A stretch of DNA of 64,000 bases from contig JAMOBD010000008.1 of NCBI GenBank assembly GCA_039908345.1, positions 6,719-70,718 of the forward strand, in the 5' to 3' direction. The stretch is from Magnetospirillum sp. WYHS-4 (GTDB lineage Bacteria > Pseudomonadota > Alphaproteobacteria > Rhodospirillales > GLO-3). Made by a program: the position numbers and the translations under genes. Below, in pieces: positions 17,102-27,363 of the stretch (position 1 is the stretch's first letter; each line of letters opens with the position of its first letter). The notes under the pieces were generated by a model. The model saw only the letters and a list, made by a program, of their open reading frames with translations. It ran no database searches and had not been told where the DNA came from.

Positions 17102-17884
17102 TTGTGCACCGTCGTCGTCCTATTCCGCCCAGGCCATGACTGGCCGCTGCTGTTTGCCGCCAACCGCGACGAAATGGCCGGTCGGCCGTGGCGGGCGCCG
17201 GGCCGTCATTGGCCGACGCACCCGGACGTCGTCGGCGGTTTGGACGAACTGGCCGGCGGCACCTGGATGGGGCTCAACGGGAAAGGGGTGGTGGCGGCCA
17301 TCCTCAACCGGCCGGGGACCCTGGGCCCCAAGGCCGGCTTCGCCAGCCGAGGCGATCTGCCCTTGATGGCCCTGGACCATGCCACGGCTGCCGAGGCGGC
17401 TGCCGGACTGGGCGGCAGGGACGCCAGCCTCTGGCGGCCTTTCAATCTCCTACTGGCCGATTCGACGGCAGCCTTCTGGGCACGCTGGGACGGAATGGAC
17501 TTGGGGGTTCAGGCGATCCCGCCCGGCCTCGCCATGCTTACCGCCCACGACCTGAACGACACGGCCGCCTCGGTACGGATGCGCCGCTACCGCCCGCGGT
17601 TCGAGGCGGCCTCCGTTCCCGATCCGGAGCGGGGCGACTGGCGTAGCTGGCAGGATCTCCTGGCGTCCCGGGAAACGGACGGCGGGCCGCACGGCGCCAT
17701 GACGGTGGCGATGGCGGACGGCTTCGGGACCGTCTGTTCGTCCCTGTTGGGCCTGCCGGCCAAGGGTGCCCCGGTATGGCTTTTTTCCGCCGGACGGCCG
17801 GGGGAAGTCCCATGGCGGGAAGTCGGGATCGCCGATGACCCCTTGCACGCGGTGCCGTCTATCCTTGGGCGACGGGAAGGCTGA
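17102..17884 (+). CDS. NRDE (TANGO2/DUF833) family protein, TTG start
   Basis: CTVVVLFRPGHDWPLLFAANRDE is the N-terminal family signature, which normally begins Met-Cys. The codon before Cys is TTG, with GAGG 6 nt upstream. Confidence 0.75.
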   Translation: MCTVVVLFRPGHDWPLLFAANRDEMAGRPWRAPGRHWPTHPDVVGGLDELAGGTWMGLNGKGVVAAILNRPGTLGPKAGFASRGDLPLMALDHATAAEAAAGLGGRDASLWRPFNLLLADSTAAFWARWDGMDLGVQAIPPGLAMLTAHDLNDTAASVRMRRYRPRFEAASVPDPERGDWRSWQDLLASRETDGGPHGAMTVAMADGFGTVCSSLLGLPAKGAPVWLFSAGRPGEVPWREVGIADDPLHAVPSILGRREG

Positions 17885-19346
17885 AAGAGAAGGTGCTGCC
17901 CCTGCCGGGCTCCGCGTCGACCCAGATGCGGCCGCCGTGGCGTTCGACGATTTTCTTGCAAATGGCGAGCCCGATGCCGGTCCCGCCGAATTCTTCGCGG
18001 GTGTGCAGGCGCTGGAAAACCTGAAAGATGGTCTCGAAGTGCCGAGGGGCGATGCCGATACCGTTGTCGCGGACCGAGATCACCCATTCTCCGTCGCGCG
18101 GTTCCGCCTCCACCCGCACCTCCGGCCGGCGACCCTGCGACTGGTACTTGATGGCATTGCCGATCAGATTCTGGAACAGCCGTATCATCTGGGCGCGGTC
18201 GCAACAGACGCGGGGGAGCGGGACGCTGGCGACGGCAGCCTCCGCCTCGTCGACGGCGGCCGAAAGATTGGCGACGGCGGCGCGGAAAATCTCGTCCAGG
18301 GATTCCTCCGTGAAGGCGGCGCCCTTGGTTGTGATGCGGGAGTAGTCGAGCAGGTCGCGGATCATCGCCTGCATGCGCTTGGCTCCGTCGACGGCAAAAT
18401 CCATGTATTCTGCGGCGTCGGGAGCCAATTGCCCGGCATGGCGGCGCTGCAGAAGCTGCACGTAGCTGGCCACGGTGCGAAGAGGTTCCTGCAGGTCGTG
18501 GGAAACGACGTAGGCGAATTGCTCCAATTCCCGGTTGGACCGCTCCAACTCCTGGCGGGTCCGTTCGTGTTCCGAGACCTCCTCACTCAACTCCTGGGTC
18601 CGTTGCCTGACTCTTTCCTCCAGCTTCTCGCCGGCATCGACCAGTTGGCGCAGGTGCATATCCTGGCGAGACAGAAGCTCGTTGAAGGCCAGGGCGAGAA
18701 CGTCGAGTTCGTCGCAGGCTTCCGCGTGAATACCCGGCCTGCTAGTATCCAGCCGCTTGCCCAGCGCCCGAGGATCGGTTCCGGTCAGGAATTCCGCCAT
18801 CCGGTGCAGGCGCGTCCCCACCAGCCGCTGGTAGAGAATCAGGATGCAACCGGCGATCACCGCCACGACGACGAGTTGGGAGACCAGGATGCGGAGGGCT
18901 TCCAGGCGGAATTTGGCGAACACCGGGTCCATGTCGACGACCAGGACCAAGGTGCCAAGGTTCACCGGCCGGTCCCGGAAGGTGGCCTCGATGGGCCGCC
19001 GCCTCTCGAGGGTCCGGGCCCCCGCGGGAGGCGGGAGACCGGCGGAAAGCGGGGAACGTCCCTCGCGTTCGATCCGGGCCAGAGCCACGCTGCCGTGATT
19101 CTTGAGGCCGTTCAGATGGCTCTGCAGGAGGATGGTATCGCCGAGCCAGAGGGTTTCCCGCAGGACCGGAAGGCTGGTTTTGAGGATTTCGTCTATGCCC
19201 CTTTCGATCTCGGCCGTCTGCTGATGGTAGGACTGCAGGATGGAGAAGCCGCTCAGCAGCAGGGCCAAGACGAGGCCGATCACCGATGTCACCAGCATCA
19301 GGCGGCGGCCGAGACGGAACGGGAGGTAGAGCCTGTCGTCGTTCAT
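17859..19346 (-). CDS. membrane sensor histidine kinase (two TM segments, HAMP-like linker, coiled coil, HisKA, HATPase_c)
   Basis: 495 aa from MNDDRLY. H-box FAYVVSHDLQEPLRTV, N-box LIGNAIKY, G-box GTGIGLAICKKIVERHGG. Confidence 0.85.
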   Translation of the reverse strand: MNDDRLYLPFRLGRRLMLVTSVIGLVLALLLSGFSILQSYHQQTAEIERGIDEILKTSLPVLRETLWLGDTILLQSHLNGLKNHGSVALARIEREGRSPLSAGLPPPAGARTLERRRPIEATFRDRPVNLGTLVLVVDMDPVFAKFRLEALRILVSQLVVVAVIAGCILILYQRLVGTRLHRMAEFLTGTDPRALGKRLDTSRPGIHAEACDELDVLALAFNELLSRQDMHLRQLVDAGEKLEERVRQRTQELSEEVSEHERTRQELERSNRELEQFAYVVSHDLQEPLRTVASYVQLLQRRHAGQLAPDAAEYMDFAVDGAKRMQAMIRDLLDYSRITTKGAAFTEESLDEIFRAAVANLSAAVDEAEAAVASVPLPRVCCDRAQMIRLFQNLIGNAIKYQSQGRRPEVRVEAEPRDGEWVISVRDNGIGIAPRHFETIFQVFQRLHTREEFGGTGIGLAICKKIVERHGGRIWVDAEPGRGSTFSFSLPVAQG

Positions 19347-20095
19347 GGCCCGGCGCCCGGCGGCTCGAAGCCCGCCACCCGGAAGGCGGCCGCATAGGTT
19401 CCGTCCGCTTTGATGGTCCGGATCGCCTCCGCCAAGGGTGCGGACAGCGCCCCATGGCGGCGGTTGAGAACGATGTGCTGCGGAATGACCAGCAGGGGCG
19501 GCTCGATCACCCGCCCCCCGGCCAGGGTCATGTCGCGCATCTGGCCGATGCCGGTCAGCCGCTCGTAGACGACCGTGTCGACCTTGCCTTCGGCCAATAA
19601 GGAAAAAAGGACATCGGGGCCACGCACCCGCAAGACCTCGGCGGCCCTTACCCGATCCTCCAGGATCTTCCATCCCAGGATATGGCCGACCCGCAGAGAT
19701 GCCAGATCGTCCCACCCCTTGACCGCAACCTCCGGCCGGATGGCGAAGCATTGGAAGGAGAAATCGTAGAGCGGTTCGGCCACGGGCTCGAGGTTCGGAT
19801 AGCGTCCCGCGACCGCGGCGGGAATGCGCAGGATATCGCCGTCGGTGGTGCCTTCGTCGGCACTGACCAGGGAGCGTTCGCAGGGCAAGGGGACGATGCA
19901 GGCCTTGCGGCCGATGCGGCGAAAGGCTTCCACCACCAAGCGGTCGAGAATGCCGGCGCCTTCGGTCGTGGACAAGGGCGCGCGATGGCAGGAACCGACC
20001 ACGATCTCGCACTCCGGACCGGCCACCGCCGGACCGGCGGGAAACCCAAGGCACAGAACGACGACAAGTACCCGAATGACTCGCCCGCCCGTCAT
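19343..20095 (-). CDS. periplasmic solute-binding-like protein (type 2 PBP / family 3-like)
   Basis: 250 aa with signal peptide MTGGRVIRVLVVVLCLGFPAGPAVAG. The stop overlaps the downstream kinase start by 4 nt. The fold assignment comes from general pattern only. Confidence 0.55.
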   Translation of the reverse strand: MTGGRVIRVLVVVLCLGFPAGPAVAGPECEIVVGSCHRAPLSTTEGAGILDRLVVEAFRRIGRKACIVPLPCERSLVSADEGTTDGDILRIPAAVAGRYPNLEPVAEPLYDFSFQCFAIRPEVAVKGWDDLASLRVGHILGWKILEDRVRAAEVLRVRGPDVLFSLLAEGKVDTVVYERLTGIGQMRDMTLAGGRVIEPPLLVIPQHIVLNRRHGALSAPLAEAIRTIKADGTYAAAFRVAGFEPPGAGP

Positions 20096-20270
20096 GACTC
20101 CCGCTCCGCCGATAGAATACTTGCCGCCTACGCCCAAGATAACGGGGACGCCGGCGACCGAGAAGCGCCAAGGCGTCCTCCGTCCCGTGCGTTCTGTGGA
20201 TACCATTGATCGCCTTATGGGAATGAGGCAGAAACGTCGCAGGATCACCCGCCCGCTTCGAGGAGGCTCC

Positions 20271-20747
20271 ATGCCCCGTGCCCGTCGCTCCGTCGCCTTC
20301 GCCCTCATGGCCCTGGCCGCTCTCCCCGCTACCGCCCAGGCGCCCTATCTGGTGCCCTTGGACGACGAGTCGATCTCCGGCCTGATGGAAATCGGCCGCC
20401 TGCTGCTACCCCAGGCCAAGCTGCCCGATGGCGGCGCTATTCCGGCCGAAAGCGAAGCGGACCGCAAGACGCCGCTGTTGCCATCGGCGGACGCCCGGCG
20501 CGTCGTCGAAGCGGGGCAGGTCTCGGCGGCCGGCGACTGGTGCGGACTGGAATGGGTGGCCACGGTCCGCGATCCCTTTATGGAGGCGGAAAGGAAGAAG
20601 AAGTGGTCGCCCAAGCAGATCGCCTTCATCGGCGTGCTGCACGACACCGCCCAAGGCGCTTGGTCGGCCGAGTTGGAACGTACCGGCCAATGCGGCCAGC
20701 CGGACAAGGCGGCGGTGCAAAATCTGATCAACAAGTTGAAACGCTGA
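20271..20747 (+). CDS. hypothetical secreted protein (158 aa)
   Basis: AGGAGG RBS 5 nt upstream. Signal peptide MPRARRSVAFALMALAALPATAQA. I recognise no family. Confidence 0.55.
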   Translation: MPRARRSVAFALMALAALPATAQAPYLVPLDDESISGLMEIGRLLLPQAKLPDGGAIPAESEADRKTPLLPSADARRVVEAGQVSAAGDWCGLEWVATVRDPFMEAERKKKWSPKQIAFIGVLHDTAQGAWSAELERTGQCGQPDKAAVQNLINKLKR

Positions 20748-20748
20748 G

Positions 20749-22110
<1,362 letters not shown>

Positions 22111-22171
22111 GGTTGCCGCGCCGAGGGCGAATCGGATAGAAGTTCCGTCACCGGAACGATACGGGGGCGGT

Positions 22172-22522
22172 ATGGCGATCGAGCTTACGGAACTTCAGGC
22201 CCTGGACCTTTGGCGGCGCGCCATCGTGGACAGCGTGCGGCGCGACGCTCCGGACCTGTCGGCGCGCCAGATGGCGTTGCTGCTGACCGTCTACCTGACC
22301 CCCCCTCCTCATACGGTGCGCGGCTTGGCGGAGACCATGAACGTCTCCAAGCCCGCCATCACCCGCGCCCTCGACCGTCTGAGCGAACTGGAGCTGGTGC
22401 GCCGCAAGCCGGACGAGACCGACCGGCGTAGCGTGCTGATCCAGCGGACGGTGCGGGGTTCCGTCTTCCTGCGCGAGTATGGCGAATTGATCGTCGCCGC
22501 CGGGCGCAAACTCCAGGACTGA
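22172..22522 (+). CDS. MarR-family transcriptional regulator
   Basis: 116 aa. LSARQMALLLTVY...VRGLAETMNVSKPAITRALDRLSELELVRRKPDETDRRS is a winged-HTH MarR pattern. Confidence 0.8.
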   Translation: MAIELTELQALDLWRRAIVDSVRRDAPDLSARQMALLLTVYLTPPPHTVRGLAETMNVSKPAITRALDRLSELELVRRKPDETDRRSVLIQRTVRGSVFLREYGELIVAAGRKLQD

Positions 22523-22584
22523 ATGAACGGGCACTGAACGGACGTCTCAGCTTCGGTTGAGGTGTCGTGGCGTAGCTTCGGGCC

Positions 22585-23709
22585 ATGATCGACAGCCCGA
22601 GTCCCGCTATGCCCATTCCCGAAGGAAAGCCCATCGTCTGGGATCTTCCGATCCGCCTGTTCCACTGGAGCCTCGCGCTCCTGGTGGCGGCCGCGGCCAT
22701 CACCGGATTCCTGGCTCCCGCCTGGTGGCTGGATGTCCACGTCTGGGCTGGTTGGGGAATCGGGGCACTGCTGGTCTTCCGGCTGGTCTGGGGGCTGGTC
22801 GGTTCCGAGCACGCCCGCTTCCGGCACTTCCCCGTTTCCTTCCACGCCATCTTCGGCCATGCGGTCGAGATGATCCGCCTGCAGGGCCGTCCCCATCCCG
22901 GCCATACTCCCCTCGGGGCGGCGATGGTGGCGGTCCTGCTTGTGGTCTTGCTGGGGCTGGTGGCCACCGGCGCCATGGTCCTGGGCGGTCAGGAGAAGAT
23001 CGGTCCCCTGGCCGGATTCCTGTCCTTCGCCGCCGGCCATGGCGGCAAGGAAGTCCACGAAGCCCTCGCGGTCGGACTGCTGGTCCTGGTCGGCCTCCAT
23101 GTCGCCGGTGTCGTCGTGGAAAGCTGGCTGACCCGCGAGAACCTGGTGCGCGCCATGGCCAACGGCCGCAAGCGCGCCCCCATTCCCCGTCCCGCCCGCC
23201 GGGGGGCTCTCGCCCTGGCCGGCTTCGCCATCGCCGGGACGGCCGGCAGCTTGGCCCTGTTGGCAGCGGTGCCGCCCAAAGGCATCCCCGACATGCCCCG
23301 CCTGGCCGCTTTCGAGAAGGAATGCGGCGCCTGTCACGGGCTTTACCACCCGAGCCTGTTGCCGGCCACGTCGTGGGAGGCGCTGATGGAGGACCTTTCC
23401 GACCACTTCGGCGAGAATGCCAGCCTGCCGCCCGCCGCTGCAGTGGCCATCGCCGCCCATCTGCGGACCTACGCCGCCGAATCTTGGGACAGCGAGGCCG
23501 CCAACCGCCTGCGCCAAGTCTCGGCCGAAGAGCCGCTGCGCATCTCCGGATCGCCCTTCTGGCGGCATCGGCACCGCAAGATCCCGGATGCCGTCTTTGC
23601 CGCCAAGCCGGTCTCCAGCCGCGCCAACTGCTTCGCCTGCCATGGCGACGCCGCCGGGGGCCGCTTCGCCGATACCGCCATCCGCTTTCCCAAGGAGACC
23701 TCGCAATGA
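22585..23709 (+). CDS. cytochrome b561-family membrane protein fused to a C-terminal diheme cytochrome c (DHC) domain
   Basis: The N-terminal part has 4-5 TM segments with conserved His (RLFHWSLALL, HVWAGW, HEALAVGLLVLVGLH). The C-terminal ~120 aa carry two CxxCH motifs (CGACH, CFACH) and parallel the stand-alone DHC two genes downstream. Confidence 0.8.
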   Translation: MIDSPSPAMPIPEGKPIVWDLPIRLFHWSLALLVAAAAITGFLAPAWWLDVHVWAGWGIGALLVFRLVWGLVGSEHARFRHFPVSFHAIFGHAVEMIRLQGRPHPGHTPLGAAMVAVLLVVLLGLVATGAMVLGGQEKIGPLAGFLSFAAGHGGKEVHEALAVGLLVLVGLHVAGVVVESWLTRENLVRAMANGRKRAPIPRPARRGALALAGFAIAGTAGSLALLAAVPPKGIPDMPRLAAFEKECGACHGLYHPSLLPATSWEALMEDLSDHFGENASLPPAAAVAIAAHLRTYAAESWDSEAANRLRQVSAEEPLRISGSPFWRHRHRKIPDAVFAAKPVSSRANCFACHGDAAGGRFADTAIRFPKETSQ

Positions 23710-24119
23710 AGAAGCCCTTCGCTGTTGCCTTGATGACCCTGGCCGCCCTGCCCGCCCTGGCCGGGTCGCCCGCCCGCGACACCATCCTGGCCGGCTTGGC
23801 CACCGAGGCGAAAAAGGCCGATCCGTCGTTTGCCGGCTTCTCGGCCGACCGGGGTGCTTCCTTCTTCGGCGCCACCCAGAAGGGCGGCAAGCCGGACACC
23901 CCGTCCTGCACCTCCTGCCACGGGACGACCCCGGAGGCGACCGGCACCACCCGGGCCGGCAAGCCGGTCGAACCCTTGGCAGTGTCCAAGGTTCCCACCC
24001 GCTATACCGACCCCGAGAAGGTCGCCAAGTGGTTCCAGCGCAACTGCACCAGCGTGCTGGGGCGCGAATGCACGGCCCTGGAAAAGGGCGACTTCATCAC
24101 CTTCATGGCCACCCGTTGA
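23706..24119 (+). CDS. DUF1924-type monoheme cytochrome c-like periplasmic protein
   Basis: Signal peptide, single CTSCH motif, and C-terminal KWFQRNC..VLGRECT..EKGDFITF pattern. ATGA overlap with the upstream gene. Confidence 0.7.
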   Translation: MKKPFAVALMTLAALPALAGSPARDTILAGLATEAKKADPSFAGFSADRGASFFGATQKGGKPDTPSCTSCHGTTPEATGTTRAGKPVEPLAVSKVPTRYTDPEKVAKWFQRNCTSVLGRECTALEKGDFITFMATR

Positions 24120-24130
24120 GGAGATCTTCC

Positions 24131-24586
24131 ATGCTCAAGCACATCCTTCCCGCCACCCTGCTGCTGCTTGCCGCCACGCCGGCCCTGGCCGGCGGCAAGA
24201 TGTTCCCGCCGACGGCCGACCCGGTCGTCAAAAAGGAATGCGGCGCCTGCCATATGGCCTACCAGCCGCAATTGCTGCCCCGGAAGTCCTGGGAAGCCAT
24301 GATGGACCGCTTGAGCGACCATTTCGGCGAGAACGCCAGCCTGGACGACAAGACCCGCGACGCCATCAAGGCATATCTGACGGCCAACGCCGGGGACGGC
24401 GGCAAGTGGCTGCGCGGCGTGAACACCGCCAATCCGCCCCAGCGCATCAGCGAGATGCCGCGCTTCAAGAAGGAGCACGGCGAAGGCAAGGTCCAGCGGA
24501 TGAAGGAGAAATCGGGCGTGAAGACCTGGGCCGACTGCGTCGCCTGCCACAAGCAGGCCGACCGGGGGTACTACGAGGACGATTGA
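24131..24586 (+). CDS. diheme cytochrome c (DHC family)
   Basis: Signal peptide. Two heme motifs, CGACH and CVACH. KECGACHMAYQPQLLPRKSWEAMMDRLSDHFGENASL is the DHC signature. Confidence 0.8.
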   Translation: MLKHILPATLLLLAATPALAGGKMFPPTADPVVKKECGACHMAYQPQLLPRKSWEAMMDRLSDHFGENASLDDKTRDAIKAYLTANAGDGGKWLRGVNTANPPQRISEMPRFKKEHGEGKVQRMKEKSGVKTWADCVACHKQADRGYYEDD

Positions 24587-24647
24587 GGCGCGGACGGCGG
24601 GCGGGATACAATCGGGCCCGTCCGCCACTGGAAGGAAAGAGACCCGC

Positions 24648-26600
24648 ATGCGGTTTCTTCTTGTCGTCCCGCGGTTCATCACCGGTGCCCGCCAGACCTA
24701 CCATTTCCCCTTCGGGATCGCCTACGTCTCGGCGGTGCTCAAGCGGGCCGGCCACGAGGTCCATTGCCTCAACCTCAACCACCAGGATGGACGCCCCGCC
24801 GATGTGGTCGGCCAGGCGGTTCGCGCCCTTGATCCGCAGGTTCTGGCGACCGGCGGCATCTCGCCCCATTACGGGCGGGTGAAGGATATCCTGTCCGCAG
24901 GCCGGGCTGCCAAGCCCGGCCTGCGGACCGTGATCGGCGGCGGCCTGCTGACCAGCGCGCCCAACCAGGTGGCCCGGATGCTCGACCTCGACATCGGCGT
25001 GATCGGCGAGGGCGAGGAGACCGTCGTCGACTTGGCACGCGCCTTGGAACACGGGGAGGACCTGGCTTCGGTCGATGGCTTGGTGATCCGGCGCCCCGAC
25101 GGAACCTTCGCCAAGACGAGGAACCGAAAGCCCGTGAAGGATCTCGATTCCCTTCCCTGGCCGGATTACGATGGCTTCCAGGCCCGATTGTTGGTGGAAT
25201 CACCGCCCGACGGCTCGAACTACTTCCAACAGGCGGTCGAAAGTCCGCGTACTCTGGCGCTGATCTCCAGCCGCTCCTGCCCTTTCGCCTGCACCTTCTG
25301 CTTCCATCCCAACGGCCGCGTCTATCGGGAGCGGGGCCTCGATGACGTCTTCGCCGAACTCGAATTCCTGGTCGACCGCTACGGCGTGAACGCGGTCTGG
25401 GTGCTGGACGAACTTTTCGCGGTCCGCCACGAACGGCTGGTCGATTTCTGCCACCGCATCGCGCCCATGAAGTTGAAATGGATGGTCAGTCTCCGCGTCG
25501 GCGAGGCCGGGGCCGAGACGCTCGACATGATGCGCGACGCCGGCTGCGTCTTCATCGGCTACGGCTTGGAAAGCGCCGACGACCGCATCCTGGCGAGTAT
25601 GAAGAAGAAAACCACCCGGGCCCGGATGGAAGATGCGTTGCGTCTCACCTACGAGAAACGAATGGGCATCATCGGCAACTTCATCTTCGGCGATCCGGAC
25701 GAAACCATCGAGACCGCCTCCAACACCATCGACTGGTGGGGACGGCATCCGGAGTACCGGATATCCCTCGTCCCCCTGCTGGCCTACCCGGGGACACGAG
25801 TCTTCGAAGATGCGCTGGCGACCGGCAAGATCGCCGATTTCGAAACGGCCTTCACGACTCCGCTCTACAACCTCACCGCCATGCCGGACGAAGACTACAC
25901 CCGGATGATCCAGAAGCTCCGGGTGTTCGGAGAGACCTTGCTGCTCCCGGCCGAGGCGACCGCCTGCAAGCGTCAAGAAGACGACGGTTCCCTTTACCGC
26001 ATCGACTGGCTCTGCCCACGTTGCGGACAGGAAAACCGGCACGGCGATGTGGATGCCATCTACCCCTTCCATTACCAGAAGGTCAATCTGACCTGCCGAT
26101 CTTGCCTGGCGCGGTTCGATCTGCCCAATCCGATCCGCGAACCCTGGCGCGACCCCGAGGCCGAGGCGCTCCAGGCCGAGGCGACAAGGTGGCGGCAGGC
26201 CGGCGACATCGCCAGGGCGACCCAGGGCTATGAAGCGGTTCTTGCCCGCCCCTATCCTCCGGAAAAGATGGATCGGCCCGAGGCCTTCATCCAGGCGGCT
26301 CTCGATCTCGGCACCCTCGCCCTCGGCCAGAACCAGCCGCGCAAGGCAGTGCATTGGATCGGCGAGGCCCTGCTGCGCCGTGCCTTCGACCCCACCACCC
26401 ACTTGGCCTATGCGGTGGCCCTGCTGGCCGAAGGTTGCCACGATGCGGCGGCCCTGCATCTGGATCAGGCCCGGCGCCTAGCCCCCAGGGCCCAGGGAGC
26501 CTTGGCCGAGCGGATGGCGGGACTGCGGCGCCTGGTGGCCGAGGCCCGGCGCGACGCCCCGGGTCTCGCCTATTTCACGCCCCCTACTTCCCCGCCTTGA
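24648..26600 (+). CDS. B12-binding radical SAM protein with C-terminal Zn-ribbon and TPR-like extension
   Basis: 650 aa. N-terminal cobalamin-binding-like Rossmann segment, rSAM cluster motif CPFACTFC, then CPRCG...CRSC and helical repeats. Confidence 0.85.
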   Translation: MRFLLVVPRFITGARQTYHFPFGIAYVSAVLKRAGHEVHCLNLNHQDGRPADVVGQAVRALDPQVLATGGISPHYGRVKDILSAGRAAKPGLRTVIGGGLLTSAPNQVARMLDLDIGVIGEGEETVVDLARALEHGEDLASVDGLVIRRPDGTFAKTRNRKPVKDLDSLPWPDYDGFQARLLVESPPDGSNYFQQAVESPRTLALISSRSCPFACTFCFHPNGRVYRERGLDDVFAELEFLVDRYGVNAVWVLDELFAVRHERLVDFCHRIAPMKLKWMVSLRVGEAGAETLDMMRDAGCVFIGYGLESADDRILASMKKKTTRARMEDALRLTYEKRMGIIGNFIFGDPDETIETASNTIDWWGRHPEYRISLVPLLAYPGTRVFEDALATGKIADFETAFTTPLYNLTAMPDEDYTRMIQKLRVFGETLLLPAEATACKRQEDDGSLYRIDWLCPRCGQENRHGDVDAIYPFHYQKVNLTCRSCLARFDLPNPIREPWRDPEAEALQAEATRWRQAGDIARATQGYEAVLARPYPPEKMDRPEAFIQAALDLGTLALGQNQPRKAVHWIGEALLRRAFDPTTHLAYAVALLAEGCHDAAALHLDQARRLAPRAQGALAERMAGLRRLVAEARRDAPGLAYFTPPTSPP

Positions 26601-27333
26601 CGTCCATCTTTTCCAGGTTCGCCCGCGCGGCGGCCGCGGTGTCGCCATCCGGCGCATTGCGCAGCAACTGCATCCAGTCCTGGCGGGCGCCGGCATCGTT
26701 GCCTTTCATTCGGCGCAGGATACCCCGTTCCAGGAGCCCTTCCGGATGGTTGGGATCGAGAGCCAGCGCCCTTTCCACATCGGCCAGGGCCTTGTCGAGG
26801 TTGTCCAGGAAACGATGCGCCGAGGCCCGGAAGACCAGGGCGTCGGGGCGATTGGGCAGCAGGCCGACGGCACGGTCCAGGTCCATAACGGCCGACTTGT
26901 AGTCGTTGCGCCCGGCCCGGATGACCGCCCGGTCGACGAACAGTTCGGCATTGTCGGGCTGGAGGACGAGGGCCGACGAGGCCACGGCCTCCGCCCGTGC
27001 CATGTCGCCGCCCAGCATCCAGGCCTGCGCCGCCTGGGCCAGGACCCTGGCCTTGAAGGCGGCATCCTGCTTGAGGGTCTGGGCTAGATTCTCCAGGCGC
27101 TTCGCCGCCTCGGCCGGGCTGCCCAGGTTGAGCAGCGCCACCGCCGCGCAATGGTCGGCCGCCGGACCGCCCCCCAGATCCCGCCAGGCCACGGCGCGGT
27201 CGAAGGCTTCCTTGGGCTTGGTGCGCGCCTCGTTCATGCAGGCCGCGTATTCCCGGGCACGGTCGACCTCGGCCGCCTGGCCGGCGAAAGGCAGAAGACA
27301 GAAGACAACGGCGAATGCGCGTTTCACGGACAT
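26584..27333 (-). CDS. secreted TPR-repeat protein
   Basis: 249 aa from MSVKRAFAVVFCLLPFAGQA, followed by several TPR-like repeats. Its 3' end overlaps the rSAM gene convergently by 17 nt. Confidence 0.75.
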   Translation of the reverse strand: MSVKRAFAVVFCLLPFAGQAAEVDRAREYAACMNEARTKPKEAFDRAVAWRDLGGGPAADHCAAVALLNLGSPAEAAKRLENLAQTLKQDAAFKARVLAQAAQAWMLGGDMARAEAVASSALVLQPDNAELFVDRAVIRAGRNDYKSAVMDLDRAVGLLPNRPDALVFRASAHRFLDNLDKALADVERALALDPNHPEGLLERGILRRMKGNDAGARQDWMQLLRNAPDGDTAAAARANLEKMDVKAGK

Positions 27334-27363
27334 GGCTTCATCGGGTAGACTCCGGCGGGAAAC

